Of a stretch of 64,000 bases of DNA, positions 47,903 to 58,244 are shown piece by piece; position 1 is the stretch's first letter, and the number at the start of each line of letters is the position of its first letter. The translations under genes were made by a program, and so were the position numbers. The stretch covers positions 7,222 to 71,221 of the forward strand of contig JADGBR010000013.1 of NCBI GenBank assembly GCA_015231405.1. The letters run 5' to 3'. Origin of the DNA: Candidatus Omnitrophota bacterium. GTDB taxonomy: Bacteria; Omnitrophota; Gorgyraeia; Tantalellales; Tantalellaceae. The notes below the pieces were generated by a model that made no database searches, was not told the origin of the DNA, and worked only from the letters and a program-made list of their open reading frames with translations.

Positions 47903-49175
47903 CCGGCTCGGCCGGAGGGAGAAGCAGGCAATAATGCGGTTCAATAAACTATTACAGGTAAACCCAAGGGACCATTTTTATCGTGACGGGGCCGATAACG
48001 GGAAAAAGATCCGGGTGTGCCTGATAATGTCAACTTATTTGCCGGTATGGGGCGGTGTGCAGAGGCAGCTCGCCAGGCTAGCCGGATATTTCCCGCGTGA
48101 CAGGTTCGAGCTGGTATTATTAACGCGGAGTGTCCCCGGGGCGGCATCTTGCGAATTTTCAGACAATATGAAAATAATCAGGCTATTTGTGACTAACCGG
48201 ATAAAAGCTCTGGATCCGCTGTTATTCACTGCTTTTTCGCTTTGGTGGCTGATATGCAACAGATCGAAATTCGACGTGCTCCACTGTTTTCAGATCTATT
48301 CCCCGGCCATGATAGGCGTCATCGCCAGGAAGATACTCCGGGATAAGAAGGTCCTGGTCAAGGTCACGGCGTCCTGTGAGTTCGGCGAAGCAAGGGAGAT
48401 TAAAAGACTTCCTCTTTCCGGTTTAAGGATCAGGCTCCTTAAAGAGGTTGACTTGTTCGCTGTCATGAGCGGTAAGATGGCCGATGAGATCGCGGAACTT
48501 GGTATAGACCGTTCGAAGATAAAATACATCCCGAACGGCGTTATTTGCCCGGGAGAAAGCGCGTTCGACGCCGTTGTCAAAGAGAAGCGAAGAGCCATTC
48601 TCGGGATCAAAGGGGACGTGGTCGGCATATTCACCGGGAGGCTTTCGGCTGAAAAAAATATCGATAAATTGCTTTTTGCCTGGGATAAGGTAAGGGAGGA
48701 AAGAGAAGGCGCGGTACTTCTCATTCTTGGCGAAGGCGGGAATTACCGGAACGTAGAGAAGGAACTTTTAAAGATAAGCGGCGATCTCGGGCTGGGTGAC
48801 AGCGTCCTATTCCTGGGGCGGGTGGACAATGTGTACGACCACCTTCTCGCCTCCGATATATTTTTCCTGCCGTCGGTCTCCGAAGGGATGAGTAATTCTC
48901 TTCTTGAGGCCATGGCATGCGGCCTTGGCGTGATAGCCGGGGACAATGACGGGAACAGGACCCTTATCCGCGACGGGGTGAACGGGCTTATCGTCAACGG
49001 TAATGACGCCTGTGAAATAGCCGGCGCCGCGAAAAGGCTTATCGGGGACGCGAGCTTGAGGATATCGCTCGGGAAAGCGGCGAAACAAACCGTGATCGAA
49101 GCTTTTTCTATGCAAAAAGTCGCCGAAAGTTATGAAAACATTTACCGCGGGATGACGGCGAGGGCTGTCAGATGA
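47889..49175 (+). CDS. Glycosyltransferase family 4
   Basis: GGVQRQ, IPNGV, TGRLSAEKN, EGMSNSLLEAMACG. Confidence 0.92.
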   Translation: MTSYDRLGRREKQAIMRFNKLLQVNPRDHFYRDGADNGKKIRVCLIMSTYLPVWGGVQRQLARLAGYFPRDRFELVLLTRSVPGAASCEFSDNMKIIRLFVTNRIKALDPLLFTAFSLWWLICNRSKFDVLHCFQIYSPAMIGVIARKILRDKKVLVKVTASCEFGEAREIKRLPLSGLRIRLLKEVDLFAVMSGKMADEIAELGIDRSKIKYIPNGVICPGESAFDAVVKEKRRAILGIKGDVVGIFTGRLSAEKNIDKLLFAWDKVREEREGAVLLILGEGGNYRNVEKELLKISGDLGLGDSVLFLGRVDNVYDHLLASDIFFLPSVSEGMSNSLLEAMACGLGVIAGDNDGNRTLIRDGVNGLIVNGNDACEIAGAAKRLIGDASLRISLGKAAKQTVIEAFSMQKVAESYENIYRGMTARAVR

Positions 49176-50302
49176 CGAACATACTCCATATTACGACAGA
49201 TTCGGCTATAGGCGGCGCCGAGAACCTGCTCCTCGGGATAGCCAGGGGCTATGACAGGTCAAAGTTCCGCCATTTTTTCGCGACGCTGAAACCGGAAGGA
49301 AGGTTCCACAAATGCCTGAGACAAGAGAACGCGGAGGCGTTCGCTCTCGGTTGCGTGCGCGTCACCGATATACCGCGGGCGTTCGTCCGGCTAGCTTCTC
49401 TTATCCGGGAGAAAAACGTCCACATATTGCATACTCATCTTTTCCATGCGGGTGTGCTGGGACTTATAACTAAAAAGTTCATGCCGGGTGTGAATGTCGT
49501 ACTGACAAGACATTATTCGGACCTCATTTATATTTACGGCAGCCTTGCGGAAAAAATAGCCGACAGGGCCGTATCGAGGGACTTGGAGGCCATAATAGCG
49601 GTATCCGAAGCCGTTAAACGCGTTATGGTGGAGTACGACAAAATAGATCCCTTCAAGATAACCGTGATACATAACGGCGTCGATCCGGCCGCTCTGTCCA
49701 TGATCGATATGTCCAGGGTGAAAGAAGTCCGGGATGAATGCGGTCTCGGCAATTCGGTAGTCGTAGGTACGGTCGGGAGTTTGCACCCACGGAAAGGACA
49801 CAGGTATTTCCTTGAAGCCGCTTCCATGATAGCGCGTTCGGACGACAGGGTCAAATTTCTTATCGTCGGCGGAGGTGAGCTCGGGCGTGAGCTTCAGGAA
49901 CTCGCCTCGGGTCTGGGGATAGGGGACCGTGTGTTCTTTGCCGGATATCGCTCCAGGGTCAACGAATATGTCGCGAATATGGATGTTTTCGTCCAGCCTT
50001 CGGTAGAGGAGGGGTTCGGTATAACCATACTCGAAGCCATGGCGATGGGTAAACCCGTTATCGGTACCAGGATCGGCGGTATACCTGAGATAATAAAGGA
50101 CGGGACCAGCGGGATACTCGTTACTCCGAAAGATCCCGTGGCTATGAGTGAAGCGGTGCTATCGATGCTCGGGGATCCCGCCACGGCCGTAAGGATGGGC
50201 GAATCCGGGAGGGAACGAGTGAAGAAAGAATTCACTCTGGCCGGTATGATAAAGAAATACGAAAGATTCTACGATGGGATAAGCGGGAGGGTGAAAGGAT
50301 AG
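49172..50302 (+). CDS. Glycosyltransferase family 4
   Basis: IGGAE, IHNGVD, RKGH, EGFGITILEAMAMGKPV. Confidence 0.92.
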   Translation: MTNILHITTDSAIGGAENLLLGIARGYDRSKFRHFFATLKPEGRFHKCLRQENAEAFALGCVRVTDIPRAFVRLASLIREKNVHILHTHLFHAGVLGLITKKFMPGVNVVLTRHYSDLIYIYGSLAEKIADRAVSRDLEAIIAVSEAVKRVMVEYDKIDPFKITVIHNGVDPAALSMIDMSRVKEVRDECGLGNSVVVGTVGSLHPRKGHRYFLEAASMIARSDDRVKFLIVGGGELGRELQELASGLGIGDRVFFAGYRSRVNEYVANMDVFVQPSVEEGFGITILEAMAMGKPVIGTRIGGIPEIIKDGTSGILVTPKDPVAMSEAVLSMLGDPATAVRMGESGRERVKKEFTLAGMIKKYERFYDGISGRVKG

Positions 50303-50305
50303 AAT

Positions 50306-52204
50306 ATGTGCGGTATATGCGGGTTCGTACTAGGGCGCTTCGGAGCTTACGACACTAAGGTCCTCGAGGCCATGTGCGATAATATGCGGCATCGCGGACC
50401 GGACGATGCGGGCTACTTCCTTTCGAAAGGGCGGGTACTGGCAGGTCTCGGTCACAGGAGGCTTAGCATAATAGACCTGTCGGAATCCGCCAGGCAGCCT
50501 ATGGGCAACGAGGACGGGACTGTTATGTCGGTAGTGAACGGCGAAATATACAACTACACCGATCTTAGGAGGATATTGACGGAGAAAGGGCATTTCTTTC
50601 GATCGGGATCGGACAGCGAAGTGATACCTCATCTTTATGAGGAATACGGCGACTCTTTCGCTACGCATCTTCGGGGGATGTTCGCGGCGGCGGTGTGGGA
50701 CGTTAAAGAGGATAAGCTCGTTCTTGTACGCGACAGGATGGGGAAAAAACCTCTTGTTTATGCGGTGTTCGAAGGGAATATTGTTTTCGCTTCGGAGTTC
50801 AGAGCGCTTCTCGCTTTTCCCGGCATAGAGCGGTCGGTCGATAGAGACGCTATAGCGTGGTATCTTAGATATGGCTATATCCCTTCCCCGATGACGGCTT
50901 TCAGGGGCTTAAAGAAGCTGGAACATGCCAGTTATCTCGTATATAGGCGCGGGCAGATCGCGATAAATAAATACTGGAAAAGGGATCTCTCGGTACAGAG
51001 GAAGATAGGGTTAGACGAGGCGGCGGAAGAGCTATATGAAAAGCTTAACGATTCCGTCAGGGTAAGGATGATGAGCGACGTCCCTCTCGGGGCTTTCTTA
51101 AGCGGAGGCGTGGATTCAAGCGCGGTAGTTGCTATGATGGCCCGCAACTCGCAAGGGAAGGTAAGGACTTTCTCGATTGGGTTCAGGGAAAACGCGTATA
51201 ACGAGCTGGGATATGCCCGGGCGGTTTCCGAATACGTGGGCACGGAGCATAGCGAGTTCATAGTCGAAGAGGACGCCGCGTCTATCCTCCCGGCCCTTGT
51301 CGAAGCTTACGGCGAACCTTTCGCCGATTCGTCGTCCGTTCCGACTTTCTACGTGGCGAAAATGACGGCAAAAAGCGTCAAAGTGGCTCTTTCCGGCGAC
51401 GGAGGGGACGAGAATTTCGCCGGATATGACAGGATATTCGCGAACCGGTGGGCCGAGATCTACCGATCTTTCCCCGGCCCGTTTAAAGCCTTGGCCGAAG
51501 CTTGTCTGGGAAAAGCCGCAGCGAGGCACGCCGATATTAAAAACAAGGCCGAAAGGGTTCGGAGATTCCTTCGTGCTTCGGGCCTGCCCATAGCTGAAAG
51601 ATACGAATACTGGCTCAGCATCGCTGACCGCTCGTTTGAGAGAGAACTTTACACGCCTGATTTTTTACGGGCGGCTTCCGGTATTGATACGGCTTCTCTT
51701 ATGCGCGCGGCTTTTCTCGCTTCGGGGACACGGGATATAGTGAACGCCTCTCTTTATGCCGAACAGGAACTGACGCTCCCTAACGATTATCTCGTCAAAG
51801 TGGACATAGCGAGCATGCTGAATTCCCTGGAGGTGAGGAGCCCGTTCCTTGACCAGGCGATGATAGAGTTCTCTTCCGGGCTTCCTTCATCGCTCAAGCA
51901 GAGGGGAACGACCGGCAAGATCGTCCTTAAGCACATGATAAGGAAATATCGTCTCCTGCCGGAGTGTGTTCTAACTAGGGGCAAGATGGGTTTCGCCATA
52001 CCCGTGTCGAAATGGTTAAGGGAAGGACTTTCGGGCCTTTTATCGGACGCTCTCCTTTCGACGGAAAGCCTCCGGAGGGGATATTTTGCAGCTTCTAAGC
52101 TTAAAGAGATGCTGAGCGCGCACATGAGCGGAAAAAAAGATTATGGCCCGCAGCTATGGGCCTTACTTGTCCTTGAGCTCTGGCACAGGAGGTACATTGA
52201 CTAA
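50306..52204 (+). CDS. asnB: Asparagine synthase (glutamine-hydrolysing)-type amidotransferase
   Basis: MCGICG, HRGPD, HRRLSIID, NGEIYN, FLSGGVDSS, SGDGGDE, SLEVRSPFLD. Confidence 0.95.
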   Translation: MCGICGFVLGRFGAYDTKVLEAMCDNMRHRGPDDAGYFLSKGRVLAGLGHRRLSIIDLSESARQPMGNEDGTVMSVVNGEIYNYTDLRRILTEKGHFFRSGSDSEVIPHLYEEYGDSFATHLRGMFAAAVWDVKEDKLVLVRDRMGKKPLVYAVFEGNIVFASEFRALLAFPGIERSVDRDAIAWYLRYGYIPSPMTAFRGLKKLEHASYLVYRRGQIAINKYWKRDLSVQRKIGLDEAAEELYEKLNDSVRVRMMSDVPLGAFLSGGVDSSAVVAMMARNSQGKVRTFSIGFRENAYNELGYARAVSEYVGTEHSEFIVEEDAASILPALVEAYGEPFADSSSVPTFYVAKMTAKSVKVALSGDGGDENFAGYDRIFANRWAEIYRSFPGPFKALAEACLGKAAARHADIKNKAERVRRFLRASGLPIAERYEYWLSIADRSFERELYTPDFLRAASGIDTASLMRAAFLASGTRDIVNASLYAEQELTLPNDYLVKVDIASMLNSLEVRSPFLDQAMIEFSSGLPSSLKQRGTTGKIVLKHMIRKYRLLPECVLTRGKMGFAIPVSKWLREGLSGLLSDALLSTESLRRGYFAASKLKEMLSAHMSGKKDYGPQLWALLVLELWHRRYID

Positions 52205-52937
52205 CCTGTCATGGAAGAAAACCTGGAAAGCCTTATTTATTGGGGCGGCCGCGGCAGTTGTCATAATGGCATTTAACGCGAAAGTCGGCACTAAGCAGGG
52301 GATAGATTTCAAGGTCACGGAAAAGAAGATACCGCTTTATCTGAAAACCCTGGATTTTATCGACCGGCACTATAATTATTCGAACCTCGTTAGCGGGATA
52401 ACGAAGCCGGGCGGGACGGTCGACGAAAAGGTCATGGATATTTTTAAATGGACTTTCGTTAATATACGCAGGCAGCCGACTTCGCTTCCGACCGTCGATG
52501 ACCATCCCTGGCATATTATAGTAAGAGGGTATGGGGCGGGTGAGCAGTATTCCGATGTCTTTACTACACTATGTACATATGCAGGGGCGCCGGCTTATTT
52601 CATTCTCGTGAAGAGCCGTGACGGTTCAAGGAGATATCCTTTTTCGGTTGTCAGGATGAACGGCAGGGAAAGGGTATTCGACCCGTATAACGGAGTTTAT
52701 TTCGTTTCAGGGAACGGCGAACAAGCCGGTATAGAAGATGTGGCGGCTATGCGGGCACAAAAAATATGCCTCTCCGGCGAACCGGACGTAGATTACGGCG
52801 AGTACCTGCCGGATCTGATGTCTCCGAAAAACACCGTAATAAGAAGAGCCTCGGCCCAGGACCCGCTGGGGAGGATGAAAGCGGCAATAGCCGGCGCCGT
52901 TAAAATGTCGGGCCTTTGGGGTGGAAAGAAAAAATGA
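52197..52937 (+). CDS. Membrane-anchored transglutaminase-like hypothetical protein
   Basis: N-terminal TM; GYG..EQYSDVFTTL...AG.PA and FDPY resemble the transglutaminase core without the catalytic Cys/His. Confidence 0.55.
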   Translation: MTNLSWKKTWKALFIGAAAAVVIMAFNAKVGTKQGIDFKVTEKKIPLYLKTLDFIDRHYNYSNLVSGITKPGGTVDEKVMDIFKWTFVNIRRQPTSLPTVDDHPWHIIVRGYGAGEQYSDVFTTLCTYAGAPAYFILVKSRDGSRRYPFSVVRMNGRERVFDPYNGVYFVSGNGEQAGIEDVAAMRAQKICLSGEPDVDYGEYLPDLMSPKNTVIRRASAQDPLGRMKAAIAGAVKMSGLWGGKKK

Positions 52938-54787
52938 TCAAGAACGGTAACGTGATCTGCATATCTTCGATAGACTGGGATTTCGTCTGGCAGGGGCATC
53001 AGGAAATAATGTCGATACTCGCCGCAAACGGCAATAAGGTCCTTTTTATCGAGAACACAGGTGTCAGGATACCCAACCTCAGGGATATCGGCAGGCTTAA
53101 AAAACGGCTTAAGAACTGGTATTCCGGTATATTAGGCATCAGGAAGGAAAAAGATAACCTTTATATCTACTCGCCCCTGATCCTTCCATTTCCGCATCTT
53201 GGCCTGGCGCGGTGGCTCAATAAATACATAGCGCTTTTCAGCATAAAACAATGGATGAGGATCATGGATTTCAGCGATCCGGTCATATGGACGTTCCTGC
53301 CGACGGGGTTCACTCTGGACCTGGCCGATAAGATACCGCATAAGGCGCTGATCTATTACTGCATAGATAATTTTCTCGCCAGTTCCCCCCAGGCTTCGGG
53401 TGTACGGGATACGGAAATAGAGCTTTTTAAACGCGCTGATCTCGTATTCGTTACGGCCATGGAGCTTTACGTCTACTCGAAAAAGTACCGCGACGAAGTG
53501 AGCATATTCCCCTTCGGCGTTAATTTGGACAAGTTCGAGCGATACCGGGAAAGAAAAGAACGGGTTGTTCCGGAAGACATGCTAGGACTACCGCGCCCCA
53601 TTATCGGATACCAGGGAGGTATACATAAATGGGTCGACCTGGAACTTGTAGGGAAAATGGCCGGGATATTTCCCGCGTGGTCATTCGTCATGGTTGGGCC
53701 CAGGCAGGTAGACGTATCCGGGCTGTTAAACATTGGGAATGTCCATTTTCTCGGGAAGAAATCGCATGACGAACTGGTCGGATACATAGATAATTTCGAC
53801 GTCTGTACGATACCGTATCTGATCACGGATTATACCAGGAACGTTTATCCTACTAAACTCAACGAATATCTGGCCCTGGGGAAGACGATCGTCTCTACCG
53901 CACTTCCCGAGGTCCTCTCTTTCAATGATAAATACCACGGGTTAGTGCGTGTCGCCGATGACCATGCGGGATTCGCCGCGCATCTCATGGAGGCAGTTTC
54001 ACGGCCTGAGGCCCCTCCAGCAGCCCTGGCTGAAAGATACAGCGCAGCGGGCGACAACTCATGGCAGAAAAGGGTCGAGGAGATGAGCGTTCTTATTGAA
54101 AAGGCCATGGAAAAGAAAAAAACGGATATCGACACGCGCTGGAACCAGAGCCTGAAAAAAATTTACCGCTCCGCTTCGCGGAAAACACTTATTTTAGCGG
54201 CTGCGGTGTTTTTCTCGTATTTTGCGATATTTAAAACTCCGCTTATATGGTTCCTCGCGGAACCTCTCAGGGTATCGGATGAGCCCCGTAAAGCCGACGT
54301 GATCGTCGTTTTCGGCGGAGGGGTCGGCGAGACCGGCGAGGCAGGGCAGGGATACGAGGAAAGGGTGCTTAAAGCCGTTAACCTCTACAGGAAAGGGTAT
54401 GCCGGGAAGATCATATTTTCAACGGGTTATGTTTATGCCATTAATGAGGCCGATATCATGTGGGCGCTGGCGGTGTCGTTCGGCGTTCCGCCCGAAGATA
54501 TAATACTCGAGAAAAAAGCCGCGACGACATACCAGAATGTAATATTCACGTCACGTATCATCGAGGAAAAAAACTGGAGAACGGCACTTATAGTCACCTC
54601 GCCTTATCATATGAGACGCGTCAGGATGGTCTATGCCACGAATTTTCCGGATATAAATGCGATATCGACGCCGGTCGAGCCATGCAGCTTTTTCGGGAAT
54701 AAGAAAGAGATCAGCTTGCGCCAGATAAGGGCGCTTATCCATGAAATAGCCGCTATCGCGGATTACAAATACAAAGGGTACATTTGA
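52934..54787 (+). CDS. Glycosyltransferase fused to YdcF/DUF218 (ElyC/SanA-like) domain
   Basis: GT: WQGHQ, YYCID, YPTKLNEYLALG; then a TM; DUF218: ADVIVVFGGG, ER...A..LY, EA, TYQN, VTSPYHMRR, HE. Confidence 0.88.
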   Translation: MIKNGNVICISSIDWDFVWQGHQEIMSILAANGNKVLFIENTGVRIPNLRDIGRLKKRLKNWYSGILGIRKEKDNLYIYSPLILPFPHLGLARWLNKYIALFSIKQWMRIMDFSDPVIWTFLPTGFTLDLADKIPHKALIYYCIDNFLASSPQASGVRDTEIELFKRADLVFVTAMELYVYSKKYRDEVSIFPFGVNLDKFERYRERKERVVPEDMLGLPRPIIGYQGGIHKWVDLELVGKMAGIFPAWSFVMVGPRQVDVSGLLNIGNVHFLGKKSHDELVGYIDNFDVCTIPYLITDYTRNVYPTKLNEYLALGKTIVSTALPEVLSFNDKYHGLVRVADDHAGFAAHLMEAVSRPEAPPAALAERYSAAGDNSWQKRVEEMSVLIEKAMEKKKTDIDTRWNQSLKKIYRSASRKTLILAAAVFFSYFAIFKTPLIWFLAEPLRVSDEPRKADVIVVFGGGVGETGEAGQGYEERVLKAVNLYRKGYAGKIIFSTGYVYAINEADIMWALAVSFGVPPEDIILEKKAATTYQNVIFTSRIIEEKNWRTALIVTSPYHMRRVRMVYATNFPDINAISTPVEPCSFFGNKKEISLRQIRALIHEIAAIADYKYKGYI

Positions 54788-54914
54788 CGTCCAGACTGTG
54801 CCATAATGCGTTATAGCAGGACACAATCCTACTTGTACCAAGCTGAAGTATTACGCCTAATTTGAAGATCGTTCGGGTGAGTCTTCTTTAATCCCCTTTT
54901 TAATGTCTGAATTA

Positions 54915-54925
54915 TGTGGTAAAAT
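54915..54925 (+). promoter_or_regulatory. Possible extended -10 promoter
   Basis: TGTGgTAAAAT ahead of the AAGGAGG RBS and ATG 54951. Confidence 0.4.
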
Positions 54926-54950
54926 CATAGTCTAGCCAAGGAGGGGGGAA

Positions 54951-55526
54951 ATGCAGTTTATTGACGAAAAAGGAAGAATTTTTGGCAAGATAAATATTAT
55001 CGATCTAATGGTTTTGACAGCTTTTCTGGTGGTCATGCCTATGGCATATGTCAGCTATAATATTACTGTTAAAAAACCCGAACAGTTCGTAAATTTAACA
55101 AATAAGACGAAATTACTGGTACGTATTAAATTTGACGGGGTACCTACGGAGATCGCGGATCAGGTCAAAGAGGGAGATTCAAATTATACCGCGCCTTTTG
55201 GTATGAAACCAAGCCAGCTTGAGCCTGAACCGAGGAGAATTACGGCTGTAGTTAAAAAGATCGTTTACAGGGAGAATGTTAAAACCACAGCGATAGAAAA
55301 AACGGGCCCGTCTTCCCAGATGGAAAAGGCCGTTAATGTCAATGAATGTCTCGGAGAAAAATGCGTTGTAATCGACCTTGAGCTTTCCTGCGATTATGAC
55401 CCAGTGGAGGGATGTTATTCGTATAACGGCGATAAGATCAAGGCGGGTCTCAATTTTAGCTTATTTACATCGTCGTATTACCTCAGGGGTATGATCCTCA
55501 GTTTTAAGCCTGCCGCCGGGGAATGA
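54951..55526 (+). CDS. DUF4330-like membrane-anchored protein
   Basis: IDEKGRIFGKINIID followed by a TM; C-terminal IKAG..F...T..Y...G.I. Confidence 0.75.
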   Translation: MQFIDEKGRIFGKINIIDLMVLTAFLVVMPMAYVSYNITVKKPEQFVNLTNKTKLLVRIKFDGVPTEIADQVKEGDSNYTAPFGMKPSQLEPEPRRITAVVKKIVYRENVKTTAIEKTGPSSQMEKAVNVNECLGEKCVVIDLELSCDYDPVEGCYSYNGDKIKAGLNFSLFTSSYYLRGMILSFKPAAGE

Positions 55527-56098
55527 CCATGAGAATGCCGAACATATTTTCAGGGTCGAATACAGTAAGGGCTATAAACTCAGCCAGGCGTTTTTGGGGG
55601 TCTTTTGCGGAGGCTGCCGTTAACTATGCCCGTTCGAGTTATATAAATTCCTTGACCGGAAGGATAGTTCTGGTTTTCCGGACGGCATGGGAGAATAGTT
55701 CTATTGTCAGATCTCTGGACCTTGACGGGCGGGGTATGACCATGGCTGAAAACTCAGTTTTTATAAGGGCAGTTTTAGCGGCATGGGACCGGACCCTAAG
55801 AACGATGAAAGCTGCCAGCGAATGGAGCGTAACCGTCAGGGTTTCTCAAGGTGCCGCTAAAGATATCGGAGACCGTTTTTTACGTAAGATCGGGATAGTG
55901 GTCGTTATCGCCGTTACGACCGAATCGATCCTTATCTTACTTTGCAACAGGGAGATGGATGTCCCAGGATGGTGTATAAGGGCGGCTTTTTTTGCGGAAG
56001 GTATCCTCGCCATACTATGCGGGGCGGACCTGGAACAGGTGAAAGAGGGCAGTTTTGTCCTTCGAAAACTCAGATTGTTTGGAATGAATGAACGGTAA
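55523..56098 (+). CDS. Hypothetical membrane protein
   Basis: 191-aa ORF overlapping its neighbours; C-terminal TMs. Confidence 0.7.
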   Translation: MTMRMPNIFSGSNTVRAINSARRFWGSFAEAAVNYARSSYINSLTGRIVLVFRTAWENSSIVRSLDLDGRGMTMAENSVFIRAVLAAWDRTLRTMKAASEWSVTVRVSQGAAKDIGDRFLRKIGIVVVIAVTTESILILLCNREMDVPGWCIRAAFFAEGILAILCGADLEQVKEGSFVLRKLRLFGMNER

Positions 56099-57242
56099 AA
56101 AAAAAATAATGAGGATCATTACAAGGCTTAATATCGGCGGGCCGGCCATACACGCGGTATTACTTGCTTCCGGCCTCGAGAGGGAAAGGTTCGAGACGGT
56201 GCTGGTCTCCGGGAGTATAGGCCATGGCGAAGGCGATATGGCCTATTTTGCCCGCAATAATGGCGTTAAACCCGTGATAATACCGGAGATGAAAAGGGAA
56301 ATTGACCCGCTGGGCGACATCGCGGCTTTTTTTAAGATCCTCCGTTTGATGTTCGTCGAAAGGCCAATGGTCATCCATACCCATACTGCCAAAGCGGGGA
56401 CCCTGGGGCGGCTCGCGAGTATCGTTTTCAAGGTCGTCGCTTTCGGCCGGGGAGTGAGGATCTACCACACTTTTCACGGGCATGTGTTCCACAGTTATTT
56501 CGGGACTTTTTCGACGCGGTTCTATATAGCGGTTGAAAGGTTCCTGGCATTCTTTACGACCGGGATAATCGCGATCAGCCGGAAACAGCGAGATGAGCTT
56601 GTCAAACTCGGTATAGCCCCGCGCGGCAGGATAGGTATCATACCGCTCGGGCTAGACCTGGAAATGTGCCTGGACTTAGGGATCAGGAAAGGTTCCGACT
56701 CGGACATTGTCACCGTGGGCATAGTCGGCAGGCTCGTTCCCGTGAAGAACCACAGGATGTTCCTCAATGTGGTCAAAAGGATAAGCGGCGGGAGCGCGGT
56801 ACGTCCCGGGATAAGGTTCCGCGTGATCGGTGACGGGCCGATGAGAGAGGAACTCGAGGGATATGCCGGAGAACTCGGTGTGAAAGATATGGTGTCCTTT
56901 GAAGGATGGCTTAAGGATCCCGTCCGGATCTACGGGGAACTCGATATAGTCGCGCTGACGTCGCTGAACGAGGGTACGCCCGTAGCCGTTATCGAGGCGC
57001 TGGCTTCGGGACGGCCATGTGTAGCGACCGATGTCGGCGGGGTAAGCGACGTAATAGAGAACGGGAGGAGCGGGTATCTTATCCCCTCGTTCGACGAGGA
57101 CGCGTTCGCGAAAGCCATCCTGGACCTGATCTCGGACGCCGGGAAGAGGGAGAGTTTCGGTTCATACGGACGACATTCTGTGAGAAGCAGGTTCTCGCAT
57201 AAAAGACTGATCCGGGATATTGAAAAACTTTATACAAGTTGA
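56088..57242 (+). CDS. Glycosyltransferase family 4
   Basis: RLNIGGPA, HTHTAKAG, VGRLVPVKN, NEGTPVAVIEALA. Confidence 0.93.
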   Translation: MNGKKKIMRIITRLNIGGPAIHAVLLASGLERERFETVLVSGSIGHGEGDMAYFARNNGVKPVIIPEMKREIDPLGDIAAFFKILRLMFVERPMVIHTHTAKAGTLGRLASIVFKVVAFGRGVRIYHTFHGHVFHSYFGTFSTRFYIAVERFLAFFTTGIIAISRKQRDELVKLGIAPRGRIGIIPLGLDLEMCLDLGIRKGSDSDIVTVGIVGRLVPVKNHRMFLNVVKRISGGSAVRPGIRFRVIGDGPMREELEGYAGELGVKDMVSFEGWLKDPVRIYGELDIVALTSLNEGTPVAVIEALASGRPCVATDVGGVSDVIENGRSGYLIPSFDEDAFAKAILDLISDAGKRESFGSYGRHSVRSRFSHKRLIRDIEKLYTS

Positions 57243-57251
57243 GGGGGAAAG

Positions 57252-58211
57252 ATGAAGTATCTGATAACCGGCGGGGCGGGGTTCATAGGCTCGCACCTTG
57301 CGGAAAAACTGCTTGGGTCAGGGCACGATGTTAACATCATAGACGACCTTTCCACCGGAAGCCTTGAGAATATAAGCGGTATACGGAACAGCAAAAAGTT
57401 CCATTGTACGATCAACTCTATAATGAACCCCGACGTAATGGAAGACCTGGTCGCGAAGACGGACTATGTAGTGCATCTCGCCGCGGCCGTAGGCGTGAAG
57501 TATGTAATAGATAATCCGCTCCTTGCGCTCGAGACCAATATCAACGGGACGGGCTTGGTCCTCTCGATATGCAATAAATTCAAAAAACCGGTCTTTATCG
57601 CCTCTACGTCCGAGGTATACGGCAAGAACGATAAGGACGCCCTGAAGGAAGACGACGACAGGCTCCTCGGATCGACCCATATCTCCAGGTGGGGATATGC
57701 CGCCAGCAAAGCCGTCGACGAATTCCTGGGTCTCGCTTATTTCAGGGAGAAGAAACTTGATGTCACCATCGGCCGGTTTTTCAATATCGTCGGGCCGAGA
57801 CAGTCCGCAAGGTACGGTATGGTAATACCGCGAATGGTAAAACAGGCTCTTTTGGGGAACCCTATCACCGTTTACGGCGACGGGAAACAGAAAAGATGTT
57901 TTACATACATAGACGACGCGCTTGAAGGTGTGGTAGGGCTCATGAACTCTGAAACAGCCCCGGGAGAGATATTCAATATCGGGAATACCGCGGAAGTGAC
58001 CATCGAAGAGCTCGCCGGGAGGATAAAGAAACTGGCCAATTCCCGGTCGAAAATAGTCTATGTACCCTACGAGAAAGCCTATGAAAAAGGTTTTGAGGAT
58101 ATGAAACGCAGGAAACCGGATCTCGGCAAGATAAAAAAGTTCACAGGGTATCATCCGAAACATGGATTGAACGATATATTGACGAAGACTATAGAGTATT
58201 TCGAGGCGTAA
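57252..58211 (+). CDS. NAD-dependent nucleotide-sugar epimerase/dehydratase (paralog of the 21576 gene)
   Basis: GGAGFIGSHL, HLAAAVGV, STSEVYGK, RWGYAASK, GMVIPR. Confidence 0.92.
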   Translation: MKYLITGGAGFIGSHLAEKLLGSGHDVNIIDDLSTGSLENISGIRNSKKFHCTINSIMNPDVMEDLVAKTDYVVHLAAAVGVKYVIDNPLLALETNINGTGLVLSICNKFKKPVFIASTSEVYGKNDKDALKEDDDRLLGSTHISRWGYAASKAVDEFLGLAYFREKKLDVTIGRFFNIVGPRQSARYGMVIPRMVKQALLGNPITVYGDGKQKRCFTYIDDALEGVVGLMNSETAPGEIFNIGNTAEVTIEELAGRIKKLANSRSKIVYVPYEKAYEKGFEDMKRRKPDLGKIKKFTGYHPKHGLNDILTKTIEYFEA

Positions 58212-58244
58212 AGTGGCGGACGGCTGAGAGATAAAGGTTAAAAA

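Noticed and set aside
57318-58163. 281-aa minus-strand ORF
   Set aside because: Antisense shadow of the epimerase
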